The notes under the pieces: generated by a model
Databases searched by the model: none
Seen by the model: only the letters and a program-made list of their open reading frames with translations
What the model was told of the DNA's origin: nothing
Shown: positions 10,980 to 23,136 of the stretch, piece after piece
Layout of the letters: each line of letters starts with the position of its first letter
Position numbering within the stretch: the stretch's first letter is position 1
Program-made: the position numbers and the translations under genes
NCBI GenBank assembly: GCA_002269645.1
Contig: NIVC01000571.1
Coordinates: 372,001 to 436,000 of the forward strand
DNA: 64,000 nt
Source of the DNA: Macrostomum lignano
Taxonomy: Eukaryota
Direction of reading: 5' to 3'

Positions 10980-13900
10980 ATGGGCGACAATTCTTCAATG
11001 GCATTGGAGGACAGCATTGCCACTGGCAACAGCAATGGTCACTTAGCAACAGATGTTGGTGCTGGCACAGAAAATTACAACGAATGGCACGCGGTTGATG
11101 CAGCCAAGGGTGAGGACAAGGAAGCCCGTGTCAGTAAAACTGACGAATGCTTAGCAACCAATGCTGGCAGTGACAACAACATGGACAGTTGCTTGGCAAC
11201 CAGTGCAGCTAATGACAACAACAATGGCAGTTGCTTAGTAACCAGTGCAGCTAATGACAACAACAATGGCAGTTGCTTAGTAACCAGTGCAGCTAATGAC
11301 AACAACAATGGCAGTTGCTTAGGAACCAGTCCAGCCGACGACAGTAGCAGTGGCAGCTGCTTAGCAACCAGTTTAGCTAATGACAGCAGTGACAGTTGCT
11401 TAGCAACCGGTGTCAGAAAAGCTGATAGTCCCTTAGCAACCAATGACAGCGAAAGTGGAAATTGTTTGGCCACCAGCGCAGCCGCTGACTGGCCGGTGGA
11501 CTTTGCCGACTTCTCCGGCCCTCCTAGCGGCTTCGGCCAGCCAGGCAATCAGGTCGCTGCCGACGACGACGACCAATGGGCAGATTTTGGTGAAGCCGTT
11601 GCCATAGAAACTACCGGTACTGCAGGTAAAACAATTTTCTTAGACTGAGAGAAAGATCGGAAACTGTGAATGCCCTAGACTCCATCATTATTAGCATCAT
11701 CATCACCATCATCAGGATCATCACCATTTTAATCATCATTATCATCACCCTCCCATCATCATAATCCTGCTTCATCACTATCATAATCATCATAATCATC
11801 ACCATCATAATCATCATCACCATCATAATCATCACCATCATCACCATCATAATCATTATCATCACCCTCCCATCATCAATATCATCATCATCATAAACGT
11901 GCTCTATCACTATCATCATCATCACCATCACGAAGATTCCCGAACTCCTCAGACGCCGGCCTTGACGACGATGACTTCGACGACTTTGAAGAGTTTCAAT
12001 CGGCCACGGTGGAGGGCCTGGAGCAGCAGCAGCAGCAGCGACACCTCACCCGGATGTGCTCAGACTTGCACGCAGCGCTTGAGAAGCTGCTCAATGATGC
12101 ACTTGGAGACGCAGATGCCGCTGTGCCGGACTGCCCGGCTGAGGAGGCCGCGGCCATAGACGAATCCGTGCTGAGCAGCCTGCTGCTGGCTGAGAGCCCC
12201 GCCCAGATGGAAGCTGTGAGCGACATCGTGACCCGAGCTGCTCACAGGTGAGTCCTGCTGTGTCTCAATTTAATCCCCATGATGCCGTGTCAGGATGCTG
12301 AGCACTGAGTCTTTTCTTGCTTTGCGAATTGCAGGCAGCAGCAGCAGGTGTGCCGCTGCACCCACTGGTTAGCGAATTCCAGTGACTGCGCTGGGTTTTC
12401 CTTCAATCTGCTTCCATTTTTTGTTAATAATTTTTTTTGAGAAATGGGATCGCAACATTTTTATCTCTATTTTTGTCTTGTTTTTGGTGCTGTTTGCCCT
12501 GCATCGCTCAGTCAGTCAGTCAGTCAGTCAGTCAGTCAGTCAGTCAGTCAGTCAGTCAGTCAGTCAGTCAGTCAGTCACTCGAGTCAGTCACTCGAGTCA
12601 GTCAGTCAGTCAGTCAGTCAGTCAGTCAGTCAGTCAGTCAGTCAGTCAGTCAGTCAGTCAGTCAGTCAGTCAGTCAGTCAGTCAGTCAGTCAGTCAGTCA
12701 GTCAGTCAGTCAGTCAGTCACTCGAGTCAGTCAGTCAGTCAGTCAGTCAGTCAGTCAGTCAGTCAGTCAGTCAGTCAGTCAGTCAGTCAGTCAGTCAGTC
12801 AGTCAGTCAGTCAGTCACTCGAGTCAGTCAGTCAGTCAGTCAGTCAGTCAGTCAGTCAGTCAGTCAGTCAGTCAGTCAGTCAGTCAGTCAGTCACTCGAG
12901 TCAGTCAGTCAGTCAGTCAGTCAGTCACTCGAGTCAGTCAGTCAGTCAGTCAGTCAGTCAGTCAGTCAGTCAGTCAGTCAGTCAGTCAGTCAGTCAGTCA
13001 GTCAGTCAGTCAGTCACTCGAGTCAGTCAGCCAGTCAGTCAGTCAGTCAGTCACCCCCGCTACTTTCGCCGCCGCCTCCGCAGCCAGCCGGCCACCGCCA
13101 ACGTGTGGAGCAACCTGCTGGACCTGGACAACTCGCCCGCCGTGAAGTACCAGTGGAGCCAGTCCCGCTTCTACCAGGACCTGCTCAGCACCATGCGGAT
13201 CGATCCGAACAATGTGGTCAGTGAGGCTGGGCTGAGATGAAGTAACATGAAATCTATCGCAGTCGGGGCTGACTACGAGCTTATATATATGGGAATTTAT
13301 GGCTGTAAGTTTGCGGGAGAATCATGGTGTCAGCAGGGGAGTCAGTAAGGTGTCAGCAGGGGAGTCAGTAAGGTGTCAGCAGGGGAGTCGGTAAGGTGTC
13401 AGCAGGGGAGTCAGTAAGGTGTCAGCAGGGGATCAGTAGGTGTCAGCAGGGGAGTCAGTAAGGTGTCAGCAGGGGATCAGTAGGGTGTCAGCAGGGGAAT
13501 CAGTAGGGTGTCAGCAAGGGAATCAGTAGGGTGTCAGCAAGGGAATCAGTAGGGTGTCACCAGTGGATCCGTAGGATGTCAGCAGGGGAATCAGTAGCAG
13601 CAGTGGATCCGTAGGGAGTCAGCAGGGGAATCAGTAGAGTGTCAGTATTGGATCCGTAGGGAGTCAGCAAGGGAATCAGTAGGGTGTCAGCATTGGATCC
13701 GTAGGGAGTCAGCAAGGGAATCAGTAGGGTGTCAGCAGTGGATCCGTAGGGAGTCAGCAAGGGAGTCAGTAGGGTGTCAGCAGGGGATCCGTGGGTGTCA
13801 GCAGGGGAGTCAGTAGGGTGTCAGCAGTGGATCCGTAGGGTGTCAGCAGGGGAGTCAGTAGGGTGTCATCAGTGGATCCGTAGGGTGTCAGCAGGGGAGT

Positions 13901-15922
13901 CAGTAGGGTGTCAGCAGTGGATCCGTAGGGTGTCAGCAGTGGATCAGTAGGTGTCAGCAGGTGAGTCAGTAGGGTGTCAGCAGGGGATCAGTAAGGAGTC
14001 AGTAGGGTGTCAGCATTGCCGCTTGCTGCTCCCGCCCACCCGCAGCTGGTCAGCCGCAGGCCGGTGGCGGCCCAGTCCGCGCTCTGCTCCGCCCAAGGAG
14101 CTTCGCAGCAGTTTGGCGACTGCGGCAGATTCGGCGGCGCCGCAGCGGCCCTGCAGGTGAGAGCAGTAAATTCAAACTCTACCCACATCCGCTACCGATA
14201 TGTTGTGTAGACTACTTTTTAAAGTGTGTCGAATGCTCAAGCCAGCTGGCAATCATTCCGCTATCAGTTCACCGGTGACCCCGCACAGGATGAGGAAGCT
14301 TCGCCAGTTGACAGCTCGGCGCCCGGAGCGGCTCTACAGTTTGATTGGGGCTCCAGCGGCCTCACCGACCCCTTTGGCTGTGAGGGCTGGGGTGGGGTTG
14401 TGGCGGGATCTGGTGGATCTGCGGTGGTGGACTTAATCAACCTCTATCATCCTTAATCATTCATCCTTTATCTGATTCCATTGTTCAGCCTCCTTTACCC
14501 ATAATCCTTCATCTGCTCCCATTGTTCAGCCTCCTTCATTATTCATCTGCTCCCATTGTTCAGCCTCCTTCATCATTCATCTGCTCCCATTGTTCAGCCT
14601 CCTTCATCATTCATCTGCTCCCATTGTTCAGCCTCCTTCATTATTCATCTGCTCCCATTGTTCAGCCTCCTTCATCATTCATCTGCTCCCATTGTTCAGC
14701 CTCCTTCATCATTCATCTGCTCCCATTGTTCAGCCTCCTTCATTATTCATCTGCTCCCATTGTTCAGCCTCCTTCATCATTCATCTGCTCCCATTGTTCA
14801 GCCTCCTTCATCATTCATCTGCTCCCATTGTTCAGCCTCCTTCATTATTCATCTGCTCCCATTGTTCAGCCTCCTTCATTATTCATCTGCTCCCATTGTT
14901 CAGCCTCCTTCATTATTCATCTGCTCCCGTTGTTCAGCCTCCTTCATCATTCATCTGCTCCCGTTGTTCAGCCTCCTTCATCATTCATCTGCTCCCATTG
15001 TTCAGCCTCCTTCATCATTCATCTGCTCCCATTGTTCAGCCTCCTTCATCATTCATCTGCTCCCATTGTTCAGCCTCCTTCATCATTCGTCTGATCGCCT
15101 TGTTCAGCCTCCTTCCTCTTTCACCCTTCATCTGCTCCCATTGTTCAGCCTCCTTCCTCTTTCACCCTTCATCTGCTCCCATTGTTCAGCCTCCTTCCTC
15201 TTTCACCCTTCATCTGCTCCCATTGTTCAGCCTCCTTCCTCTTTCACCCTTCATCTGCTCCCATTGTTAACTAACGGTTTCATGGATAGCAGCAGCCAGT
15301 TTCCAGCGATTTCAAAGTTTTTTATCTCATTAAAATTTTTATTCCGGTGTTGGTCTGTCGCATCTCAGCAGCTGTCAGTCTCAGTGCTTGTTGATTTCAT
15401 TTTTAATATTGTTTAATAGAGGCCGCCCAGATTCCTCTGCGCTTCATCCTGTCAGCAGTAGTGCCTCACTGCCTCCTGCCCCTCTTGCTTCAACTTCGCT
15501 TTCAGCCAGCGGCGGCGGCGGCGGCGGCCAGCCCGCATTTCTCGACTTGACCAGCTTTGGCAGCCACGGCAGCTGCAATCGCAGCGGTTCGCCAGTGGCT
15601 GCCGCTGGCATAGGTATTGTTAATGCATTAATTAGTGACAGGCGTATTAGCTCATGCTGCTGGTGCTGAGGACTCGAATTCACCTGTACTTATCTGTGCT
15701 GGCTAAGTATTTATCTCACCTGTCGATAGCCGCCAATCCGTGTTATAAAACTGCCTTCCTCCGGTGCCGCCTTTCCGCATGCCAAATCAATCTGGTTGGC
15801 GGCCCGTTTGACCTCCGCATGGGTTGTGGCTGCGTGTCTGTCTGTCTGTCTGTCTGTCTGTGTGTGTGTCTGTCTGTGTGTCTGTCTTTCTGTGTGTGTG
15901 TGTCTGTGTGTGTGTGTGTGTG

Positions 15923-15953
<31 letters not shown>

Positions 15954-15954
15954 G

Positions 15955-16005
<51 letters not shown>

Positions 16006-16102
16006 GTGTCTGTCTGTCTGTGGGTCTGTCGGTCTGTCTGTCTGTCTGTCTGTCTTTCTGTGTGTGTGTCTGTCTGTCTGTGTGTCTGTCTGTCTTTCTG
16101 TG

Positions 16103-16141
<39 letters not shown>

Positions 16142-16162
16142 GTGTCTGTCTGTCTTTCTGTG

Positions 16163-16195
<33 letters not shown>

Positions 16196-16242
16196 TTCTG
16201 TCTGTCTGTCTGTCTGTCTGTGTGTCTGTCTGTCTTTCTGTG

Positions 16243-16275
<33 letters not shown>

Positions 16276-16276
16276 T

Positions 16277-16317
<41 letters not shown>

Positions 16318-16346
16318 GTGTGTGTCTGTCTGTCTGTGTGTCTGTG

Positions 16347-16389
<43 letters not shown>

Positions 16390-16478
16390 GTGTCTGTCTG
16401 TCTGTCTGCGTGTGTGTCTGTCTGTCTGTGTGTCTGTCTGTCTGTCTGTCTTTCTGTGTGTCTGTCTGTCTTTCTGTG

Positions 16479-16533
<55 letters not shown>

Positions 16534-16981
16534 GTGTGTGTCTGTCTGTCTTTGTGTCTGTCTGTCTTTCTGTCTGTCTGTCTGTCTGTCTGCTGATGAG
16601 TCATATTTGTCCTTGGCCAGCCCAACTCGGCCTATTCAATCAGCTCTATAATCTCAAATTTCCATCCCGAATTGCCCATTTGCCCTCGAATTTTACTCCA
16701 CTTACAGAGCTTACAGGAGGCGGGCTTGGATCGAACTGATCAATTTGCAGTAGTTGCTGGTCTAGGCCAGTCTCCAGACTCCACCACATCGTTAATCTCC
16801 CGCAGCCCCATCAGCAGCAGCGGCCGCAGCCTCCCAGCCTTTCGACGGCCCGGCCGACCTCGGCGGCGCTGGCGACCGCCGGCCCGCCACCCCCCCGGTG
16901 ACGCTGCGGGCGCGCGGCCTCCTGGCCCGCCTGCCCAAGGCGCTGCGCCCGCTCTCACCTGCGCCAGGACCGCGCCACTGA
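10980..16981 (+). CDS. AFTPH: Aftiphilin-like clathrin-adaptor accessory protein
   Basis: Phase-consistent exons 10980-11625, 11953-12247, 13084-13216, 14046-14156, 14268-14379, 15431-15613, 16806-16981. Adaptor-binding motifs DFADF, WADF and FDDFEEF. Aftiphilin-like blocks [21 protein letters not shown] and [12 protein letters not shown]. The last two exons are less certain. Confidence 0.78.
11685..11932. repeat. (CAT)n imperfect microsatellite, AFTPH intron 1
   Basis: Direct reading. Confidence 0.95.
12507..13053. repeat. (CAGT)n microsatellite with CTCGAG interruptions, AFTPH intron 2
   Basis: Direct reading. Confidence 0.97.
13326..14014. repeat. About 23-bp minisatellite, AFTPH intron 3
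   Basis: Unit GTGTCAGCAGGGGAGTCAGTAAG and variants. Confidence 0.93.
14478..15268. repeat. 34-bp minisatellite, AFTPH intron 5
   Basis: Unit CAGCCTCCTTCATCATTCATCTGCTCCCATTGTT. Confidence 0.95.
15835..16593. repeat. (TCTG)n/(TG)n compound microsatellite, AFTPH intron 6
   Basis: Direct reading. Confidence 0.97.
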
Positions 16982-17035
16982 ATCTCTGCTGGGGCTGCTG
17001 GGACTGCGTGTAGCCCCCTGCCACTGTGATTTTAT

Positions 17036-17185
17036 TGACCCTGCATCTCCCACTGACTGACCCTGCATCCCCCCACTGACTGACCCTGCATCCCCCACTG
17101 ACTGACCCTGCATCCCCCCACTGACTGACCCTACATCCCCACTGACTGACCCTACATCCCTTACTGGCTGACCCTGCATCCCTGC
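17036..17185. repeat. About 23-bp tandem repeat
   Basis: About 6 copies of CTGACTGACCCTGCATCCCCCCA. Confidence 0.85.
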
Positions 17186-19580
17186 ATAAGTAAAAGTGTC
17201 AATGTGCTGCGATGATTCGTTACCCATGTGAATTCGAAGTCATTTTAATCGTTTAAATTGCTACTGTCAGTAGCATTTGCTGTTTTTTTGCTTTTTTTTA
17301 CGTTTAGTAAGGATTGTCCATTTTGCTTATCTCTCTCTCTGTTGCCTGTTGGATTTCCTTGAAAGTGTCCAGAAGACTTATCCTCAGCTATCTTCACTTG
17401 AAGTCAAGTGTTTTACGAATGAAGTTTCATTTTTTTACTTTCAAACCAATATCAGTTTATTTTTTAGCGCAATATCCGCGCGCACTACTCATATCTGTCA
17501 GTAAGCGAATCGCTGTGTCCAGCGAATCTGCAGCCTGTCCAATTAATTGCAATGCTAATCCTGTGCAGCCCTCACCTGTCTGTCCCACCTGACTGTGATT
17601 CCCGCATCCTGCCTGCTCAGCTGCCGGATTAAATGTTTCTCAAACAGCAACTACATGTAGACCGCCCGCAGAGTTTGCACAGCTGCTCCTCGCGTTCGCA
17701 GATGTTTTCTGAATAAAATACAATCCACTGCCCGCTGAGGCCTCATTATCAGCTGTTGTCTCACCAGCTTTGGCTTGCTTTTTGGCAATACTAAAAATAT
17801 ACACTAGTTTCTTTTTTCAGTTCATTTCAGCACAACGGCAGGTAATGAAATAAATGAGACGGGAGAAATGGCAGTTTTCCCGCTAATGCGGTACATTGCG
17901 TTTTGACAAAAGATTTGACGCTCATGGTTCCTACTAATATGCAGTTTATTAGTAGGAATCGCTTACTATGCGATTTCAGACTACTGAAAGTAGAAATATC
18001 AGCATTTTATTTATATTCTGTAGACAGGGGAATTAAATGCAAGCGGGGCTCGAACTGTTCAGGGACGATTTCAAGAGGACGGGGAATCGGTTGGGGCAGT
18101 TGCTGCTCAACGACACATCACTGGCATTCACCGCGTGCCTTATTTGGCTGCAGCCTGGGCTGGGGTGGCCTCCGTCATCTCCGCTCTCTGCAAGCCAGCT
18201 TCCAGCCTCCACCAAGCTCGCCTGTTCTGCCACTACCACGGCGCCCCTCAGCTCGGCGGCTGCCCGGCTTCCCCTCACTCGGAGTGGAGCCGGCCGCCAC
18301 CGCAGGGCACCGTCGGGGTGGAGAAGCTGGCGGCTCTGGCTGGGAAGCTGGGCAAGAGTTGCAAAGGGGATTTCGGCAGGCCACCCCTGGCCAGCAAGCC
18401 GCTGCGCATGGCGGAATAAGACCTGCAGTGGATACCAAAGTTGCGCCTACGGATGGGGAGTGCGCGGCCGTACGGCCTGGGCTCTCGGGTTACCAATTTG
18501 CTTGTGCTGAACTCACCTGGTCCTCGGCAGAGAGCCGCAATCGGCTTGGACGATCGATTCCTCAGCTGAGGGCAATGGCGGATGAGGAACTCCGGCTGGC
18601 CGCTGCTCCCACACGGGACGGGGAGCTGTTGGAGCGAGCCGGGCTGTGCAGAGGAGGTCTGGAGAGGCCTGTCTCTGCCCGGGGCAGCGCATTTTATAGC
18701 CTTCCGTGGCACCGCCACCCCCGCCCTGCCGAACCCCCCAGAGCCCGCCCGGGCCGCCGCCATAGGCCCGGGGGAGAAGGAAGCCCCTCTCCCCTCTTGC
18801 TCGAGTCCCCACATTCTCCCCCCCCCAGACTGCAGCCTCATCCGGAGGGGCCGCGGGCCAGCTCTGTCTGCCCTGCTTCGTGCTAGGCCTAGTAGGAGTT
18901 GTGGCGTGTCCTCTGCTTTCCTCCTTCTTTCCTCCTATCCAGCAAGCAAGAGAGGCGTTTCGTAAGCGACAGAGTCTTTCACAAGCTCGAAATTTCACAA
19001 TTTGACAAGTTGCTTGCTTGTCAATTCCGCCAGCTCACAGTTTGAACTATAATTTGATGATATGAAATTGAAATTTCCCAAAGCTTTTGTTGGCGGTTGC
19101 TGCTGCTTGCAATGGGCAGCTCACGGCCTGAGTTCGCAATAGCCTGACTCCTCTTGTTTACAAGTACAAACTGATGGGGCGCAGCATGCCCGGTTGTTCT
19201 TGGAATCTGCGCTGCCCCGACCGGCCCAGACGGGCACGTTGCGCCCCTCCGGCAGATGTTTTCCATTTTTGGGAAATTTCTCCCCTTCAAGAGCTTCCCC
19301 ATCAGCTGCATGGCGCACTGCGTTCTGCAGGCCATTTTTGGACCATTAATAATTTTCATTTATTGTGACCGCCCTCAGCAGCGTGCGGCGCCCCCGGGTC
19401 CCGGGGCCCCGAAGACTTGACTTGCGACCCCCCTCAGTTTATTGCTCTGTCCGCACGATAGAAAGGAGCTGCAGGCGTTTCCTGGTCAGCGAGCTTTGCT
19501 GCTTCCAGGGCCCTGCTGTGGCCCCGAATCCAGCCAGCAACTGCAGTTTCTCATGCGGCTTCGTTTCCGCATCTGTCCTG

Positions 19581-19725
19581 TGTGTGCAGCCCGCCTGTCC
19601 CTGTGTGCAGCCCGCCTGTCCCTGTGTGTGCAGCCCTCCTGTCCCTGTGTGCAGCCCTCCTGTCCCTGTGTGTGCAGCCCGCCTGTCCCTGTGTGCAGCC
19701 CGCCTGTTTCTGAGTGTGCAGCCCA
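19581..19725. repeat. 21-23-bp tandem repeat
   Basis: About 6 copies of GTGTGCAGCCCGCCTGTCCCT. Confidence 0.85.
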
Positions 19726-19901
19726 GCTGTGTGTGTTAGGGGCTCTGTGGCAGTGTGCCTGTCTTGTCTGTATCCATTAATGTCTGTCTGTCTTAACGTA
19801 TGTCTCCCGTAGTTCGTAGATATAGTTTGTGTCTACATGTCTGTCAGCCTGCCTTAGCGTCTGTCTAGGCGCCAATCTATCTTTGTGCCTGTCTGTCTGC
19901 C

Positions 19902-20511
19902 CATAGGCGTAGGAACGGGGGGCAGTGGGGCCATGCCCCCCCACTTTTTAAAATCGGGAGGCCAGTAATATATAGCCCCTCCACATTTTAAATGTAAAAT
20001 GTAGACTTCTTGCTTATTTTTGGTTTTTGCTGCTTTGCATGAATGCATTTTGCTGCAGGGAGACAAAACATAGCGCCTGCAGCGCCAAAATGAGTGCCTG
20101 CGGCGCTAAAATGAGTGCCTGCGGCGCTAAAATGAGTGCCTGCGGAGCTAAAATGAGTGCCTGAGGCGCTAAAATGAGTGCCTGCGGCGCTAAAATGAGT
20201 GCCTGCGGAGCTAAAATGAGTGCCTGCGGCGCTAAAATGAGTGCCTGCGGCGCTAAAATGAGTGCCTGCAGCGCCAAAATGAGTGCCTGCGGAGCTAAAA
20301 TGAGTGCCTGCGGAGCTAAAATGAGTGCCTGCGGCGCTAAAATGAGTGCCTGCGGCGCTAAAATGAGTGCCTGCGGCGCTAAAATGAGTGCCTGCGGCGC
20401 TTTATAAAATGATTGCTGACAAGATGGATTCTGAAAATAATCGGTACATGATAATGTGTCGAACTCGACGGGGCTGCCCCCCCCACTTTTTGAAACGCTC
20501 CTACGCCTATG
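19902..20511. mobile_element. hAT-type MITE carrying an internal 21-bp minisatellite
   Basis: 16-bp TIRs CATAGGCGTAGGA(A/G)CG. Perfect 8-bp TSD TGTCTGCC at 19894-19901 and 20512-20519. Internal array GCCTGCGGCGCTAAAATGAGT at about 20075-20400. Confidence 0.92.
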
Positions 20512-21571
20512 TGTCTGCCCCCTATCTTAGTGTGTGCCTGCCCAGCCGGGTCCCAAATCCGGGCCCCACAGCAGGCACAGTGGGAACTGAACCAAGTGAA
20601 AATTTCCCGCAGACCATGCAGAGCCGGCCGTAGGCGCTAATGGCCGGCCAATGTCCGATGAGCGCAAAGCTGCTCTGTGGGTGGCGGCTCAACCCGAGGC
20701 ACTCAGAGGCAATTTTCGTATTCCCCGTCAAAGGAGTTGCGCAAGCGTTTCCACTCCACTGACGCCAGCCGGCCTCCTAAGGCTGTGACGCAAGGTCGGG
20801 CGCTCCAAGGGGGTCTTGGCGGAGGCCTTGCGCAATGCCGCACCCGCCCTGAGGCTTCTAAGCTGGGCTGTCATCGCACTGCTGTTCCAATTTCCCCACC
20901 AAGATTCTTCATCATCTCTTTCCTTCTCGCTGCCCCGGATAGGGGAGGTCTTTGTCCTCTGCGGCCTCGCTGGGACGAAGAGATTTTCGGGGGAAAGTAG
21001 ATTTTTTAGGGAGATTTTTCCCCCAGCCGGCCAGGGCTTCGAACAGGATAGCGGCAGGTGGCGGCTGAGGCCAGTAATTACGGCTGTCCCGCACCTGGCG
21101 GCCCCGCTCAACCTGCGCCCACCGGGGCTTCCGCTCCCCCCCCCTTAGCATCATCTGCCTACCCGATCGCAGTCTCCGAGCCGCACCGGTGAGTCACAGA
21201 CCGCCTGTGCTTTGCTTCATCTCGACATGTCGCTTTTTGCCAACCGCTAAGAGTCACAGCCAGCTTCCCCTGCCTTGGATACCGCGAGTGGGACTCGAGT
21301 GAGAGCCGGGCTTGAGATCCCCTTCTCCTGTTTACCTCAGCGCCATCCTCCACTCCTTTCTCTTGCTTAATTTTTCCGAATTCCAAGAATTGCCGTCTCG
21401 CGATTGAAGACAAAACACAGACGATTTGGCCGGAAATGCCCCTTCCCTCTCTCGCGACAATTTTGCCTCTCAGGCTGCAGTTTCGAATATGCGGGCGCCC
21501 CCACGGCCTGCTGTTGCCAAAATTGAAAGAAGGGGGAAGGCTGGAGGAAGACGCGGCCATCTGAGATGGGC

Positions 21572-21990
21572 CTCAGTGCCAGCCTCAGTGCCAGCCTGAG
21601 TGCCAGCCTGAGTGCCAGCCTCAGTGCCAGCCTGAGTGCCAGCCTGAGTGCCAGCCTCAGTGCCAGCCTCAGTGCCAGCCTGAGTGCCAGCCTGAGTGCC
21701 AGCCTGAGTGCCAGCCTCAGTGCCAGCCTCAGTGCCAGCCTGAGTGCCAGCCTCAGTGCCAGTCTCAGTGCCAGCCTCAGTGCCAGCCTCAGTGCCAGCC
21801 TCAGTGACAGCCTCAGTGACAGCCTCAGTGCCAGCCTCAGTGCCAGCCTCAGTGCCAGCCTCAGTGCCAGCCTCAGTGCCAGCCTCAGTGCCAGCCTCAG
21901 TGCCAGCCTCAGTGCCAGCCTCAGTGCCAGCCTCAGTGCCAGCCTCAGTGCCAGCCTCAATGCCAGACTCAATGCCAGACTCAATGCCGG
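21572..21990. repeat. 12-bp minisatellite
   Basis: About 34 copies of CTCAGTGCCAGC / CTGAGTGCCAGC. Confidence 0.95.
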
Positions 21991-23136
21991 CCTCAGCTTC
22001 GCCGGCCTCCCTGCCTGCCCTGTGCACAGGGCATCGCGAGAAGGCCCTGCCGGGGAGAAGAGAGTTTAGCTTGGCTGAGTTGCCGCCCGCCTCTCGTCTC
22101 CTCTGCTCAAGTTGAGCCGAGCGAGGCTGAAGGTGAAGCCCTGATTGACGGCAGCTGTGCGCAGGGCTTCGTGCGGGTTGCGAGAGGGGAAGAAAAAGGG
22201 AGGGCGGCGGTCTCAGCTCCCCGCAGCCTTCCAGCAGACTGCAAACTCCTTTCTCCACCGAGTTGATGCAGAGGCTCTGCGCAACTCGGTGAGGCTGGAG
22301 TGAATATGTCGGGAAAAAGGTAGATTTCACTGGGAACCCGTTCGACTAGGGACTTGCGTGTGCTTCTGTGTGGGTCTTCGATCCCCCCTTGTCTCCCCTT
22401 AGTCCCTCTACCGACCCTCTATCTCCCACTAGCTACCGACCCCACCTGCCCCCTCTATCTCCACTAGCTACCGACCCACCTGCCCCCTCTATCTCCCACT
22501 AGCTACCGACCCCACCTGCCCCCTCTATCTCCCACTAGCTACCGACCCCACCTGCCCCCTCTATCTCCCACTAGCTACCGACCCACCTGCCCCCTCTATC
22601 TCCCACTAGCTACCGACCCCACCTGCCCCCTCTATCTCCCACTAGCTACCGACCCCACTTGCCCCCTCTATCTCCCACTAGCTACCGACCCCACCTGCCC
22701 CCTCTATCTCCCACTAGCTACCGACCCCACCTGCCCCCTCTATCTCCCACTAGCTACCGACCCCACTTGCCCCCTCTATCTCCCACTAGCTACCGACCCC
22801 ACCTGCCCCCTCTATCTCCCACTAGCTACCGACCCCACCTGCCCCCTCTATCTCCCACTAGCTACCGACCCCACCTGCCCCCTCTATCTCCCACTAGCTA
22901 CCGACCCCACCTGCCCCTCTATCTCCCACTAGCTACCGACCCCACCTGCCCCCTCTATCTCCCACTAGCTACCGACCCCACCTGCCCCCTCTATCTCCCA
23001 CTAGCTACCGACCCCACTCGCCCCCTCTATCTCCCACTAGCTACCGACCCCACCTGCCCCCTCTATCTCCCACTAGAGCCTCTACTTACCCCTGCACCTG
23101 CCCGGGTATCTCCCATTAGCCTGTACTGACCCCACT

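Noticed and set aside
12382-16739. Long SQSV, HSSAP and CLSV/TDRQ ORFs
   Set aside because: Microsatellite and minisatellite translations inside AFTPH introns.
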